DNA of 64,000 bases from an uncultured bacterium (GTDB lineage: Bacteria; Babelota; Babeliae; Babelales; Babelaceae), in assembly GCA_963848965.1 (NCBI GenBank), contig CAWKFG010000004.1, forward strand, positions 448,001-512,000, given 5' to 3'. Positions 62,114 through 64,000 of the stretch are shown here, piece after piece. The position numbers and the translations under genes are program-made. Every line of letters starts with the position of its first letter. Position 1 is the stretch's first letter. Under the pieces are notes generated by a model. That model had not been told where the DNA came from. It was given only the letters and a program-made list of their open reading frames with translations, and did not search any database.

Positions 62114-63205
62114 ATGTATAAAAAATTATCATTCCTCTTTCTTACCGCTTATATGGCAGTAAACAGTTTACAGGCAATGGAACCGGCAAATCCAGAACCA
62201 GCTAAAGACATGTATATACCTCAAACTGCATGTCCACATCCAGTATACCTTATCAACGATTCTGATGAAGATTTGGACATAACAATTATCATAGATTCTA
62301 ACACTGTAACAGAACAGAATGCTTATATTTTAAAAGCTATTTTGGCAGGAATTACAGGATTTCTTCCGTGTCATGACTTGGAAGAAAGAACAGATCAAGC
62401 TATTGTAACTAAGTTTAAAGGCGCAAAGTTTGAATTTACTATCAAACCACATGACAGCCTTTTACTTCCAGGTCTTGCTACAGGACAAAAAATTGCACTT
62501 TGGAAAAAGAGATGGGGTATAAATACGCTTGCGTATCAACTTCCCTTACAGGAAATCGAAGAGCTTGTAAAATCCAGCCATGGAGATCGAAAAAAAATTG
62601 TACAAGTCTATGTCAAACCATGCCTTGGTCTTAATTATGGTTTTAATTTTCAGCAATGTTTAACAGAGCAAGAAGATAATTATAATCTAAAGCAATTGAA
62701 TCAAAGAGCTATACCTCTTGATCCTGCAGCTATAGCAGATGATATACCTGTATGTCTTGATCCAGTTAGGCTTTTTAACAAGAGTGAGGAAGATTTAAAT
62801 ATAAGAATTATAACCAATCCTAACAACACAATAACCAAAAATGGTAATCTTCTTCAGTTCATCTTGGTTTCACTTACAGCAGGCTTAAACCTTGATGATA
62901 TGAATGGCATTATGGCACAGAATATACAAGACAAATTTAGAAAAGCTGAGTTCGATTTCTCTATAAAGCCAAGCGATAATCTTTTAATTCCTGGTATTGC
63001 TGCAAAGCAGGAAATCCTTGTATGGAAAAAAAGAGGCGGAACAGACGTCAAGTCTTATTCTGTTCCTCTTAACAAAATAGAGCAGTCACTTAGTGTTATA
63101 AATCGTAAAGACATGAAGAATACAGTACATGTATTTATCACCCCAAGCATTTATCTTTGGGGCTTCTATTTTGATGTGTCTACAGTACAAGAAAAAACTG
63201 CATAA
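62114..63205 (+). CDS. Secreted protein with two tandem homologous domains
   Basis: Signal peptide ..QAMEP; C..PV.L.N.S.EDL.I.II and KF..A.F.F.IKP.D.LL.PG.A..Q.I..WKKR.G each occur twice. Confidence 0.75.
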   Translation: MYKKLSFLFLTAYMAVNSLQAMEPANPEPAKDMYIPQTACPHPVYLINDSDEDLDITIIIDSNTVTEQNAYILKAILAGITGFLPCHDLEERTDQAIVTKFKGAKFEFTIKPHDSLLLPGLATGQKIALWKKRWGINTLAYQLPLQEIEELVKSSHGDRKKIVQVYVKPCLGLNYGFNFQQCLTEQEDNYNLKQLNQRAIPLDPAAIADDIPVCLDPVRLFNKSEEDLNIRIITNPNNTITKNGNLLQFILVSLTAGLNLDDMNGIMAQNIQDKFRKAEFDFSIKPSDNLLIPGIAAKQEILVWKKRGGTDVKSYSVPLNKIEQSLSVINRKDMKNTVHVFITPSIYLWGFYFDVSTVQEKTA

Positions 63206-63223
63206 AAAACATCTTTATTGAGT

Positions 63224-63249
63224 AAGAAGGGCCTATAAGGCCCTTCTTT
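63224..63249. terminator. Bidirectional terminator
   Basis: aagaagggcc-tataa-ggcccttctt. Confidence 0.75.
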
Positions 63250-63431
63250 GTTTACATAGTACAACCGAATAAATGCATAACGATATTGCTCTTATAATAG
63301 ATAATGCTAAGCTTACAGAAACTTTTTATCTATATAAAGATGCCTCATATAAGGATGGTATAAATCATAGCCAAGATCCTCTTGCCAAAGAGAGAACCAT
63401 TTTAGCTAAGCAAAAAGAAAAAACTCAAAAA

Positions 63432-64000
63432 TCATAAATTTACGATGAGCTCTTTTATTTGCTGAGCTATCTCTTTGGCACTATTTTTTTGAGAGTTTAC
63501 CCGTAAATCATAGGTTTTTGTTCCATAGACGGTAAAATAATGACTACGCGCATGTCCTTTAGGAGAAGTTCCACGAGCGTCTTCACGCTGTTCTAGCGTT
63601 TCTAAAGGAATATCTACTGCAATATAATAGGTTTTAAAGTCTTTAAGTTGCTTTTCAAGGTCTTGAAACCACTCTTTCTTGTAAGCAATATAGTCAACAA
63701 TAACATTGCAACCGCTCTTGGCATATGCTGCAATAGCGCTATTCATACCGTATGCTACCTTATCTCCTTCTGGGCCTACAAAAAGTGTGATAACGTTACT
63801 ACCTTCAGCATCCTTTGAGCTTTCTATCCAACGGATAGGGTTTTGTGACTGCCAAAAATTCATATTCTCTAGATTAATCTCTGGCAATACACCGTCAAAG
63901 AGACTATCAATACCAACTCTAATCCATAAGTTTGGCATCATAAGCTTTTGAAATTCCTTTTGTATAGAACTTTTACCTGATCCTGAAGGACCGTTAAGAA
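63432..64000 (-). CDS. Chloramphenicol phosphotransferase-like P-loop kinase (5' partial)
   Basis: LNGPSGSGKS at the window edge; GID, G.NVIVD, L..RE.ARG, YDL.V. Confidence 0.82.
   Translation of the reverse strand, partial: LNGPSGSGKSSIQKEFQKLMMPNLWIRVGIDSLFDGVLPEINLENMNFWQSQNPIRWIESSKDAEGSNVITLFVGPEGDKVAYGMNSAIAAYAKSGCNVIVDYIAYKKEWFQDLEKQLKDFKTYYIAVDIPLETLEQREDARGTSPKGHARSHYFTVYGTKTYDLRVNSQKNSAKEIAQQIKELIVNL

Noticed and set aside
2035..63951. Numerous 60-130 aa ORFs antisense to or nested in identified genes
   Set aside because: No motifs or RBS; they overlap well-supported CDSs

Overview
AT-rich bacterial chromosome segment. The gene content (many signal-peptide ankyrin proteins, several AAA+/DUF4143 genes, DUF2608, homospermidine synthase, a split atp cluster) suggests a protist-associated intracellular bacterium, most like Dependentiae/Babeliae (TM6); this assignment is inference. 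Positions 1-7.9 kb are an accessory island abutting the 3' end of tRNA-Arg(TCT). Its cargo units (AAA+ ATPase, AbiE toxin-antitoxin pair, ankyrin protein, HTH/Fic pair, HAD hydrolase) are separated by three ~83-bp repeats. The left arm of each repeat resembles the tRNA junction, and the right arm keeps a protein reading frame. One repeat is split by an IS110 element whose bridge-RNA guides for target and donor can be read directly from the sequence. The rest of the window holds core genes (atpE/b'/F/H/A, dNK, recD2, amidase, ABC-2, hss, rpsF/R, ftsY, prmC, mutL, rarA, DEAD helicase, msrAB) mixed with putative secreted effectors. Other notable items: three copies of a covarying multi-hairpin GC-rich element, 12 proteins with a signal peptide followed by Met, 33-bp-period repeats before two AAA+ genes, a circularly permuted DAO-like oxidase and a Na+-type c subunit. 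All calls come from motif reading only; no searches were run.
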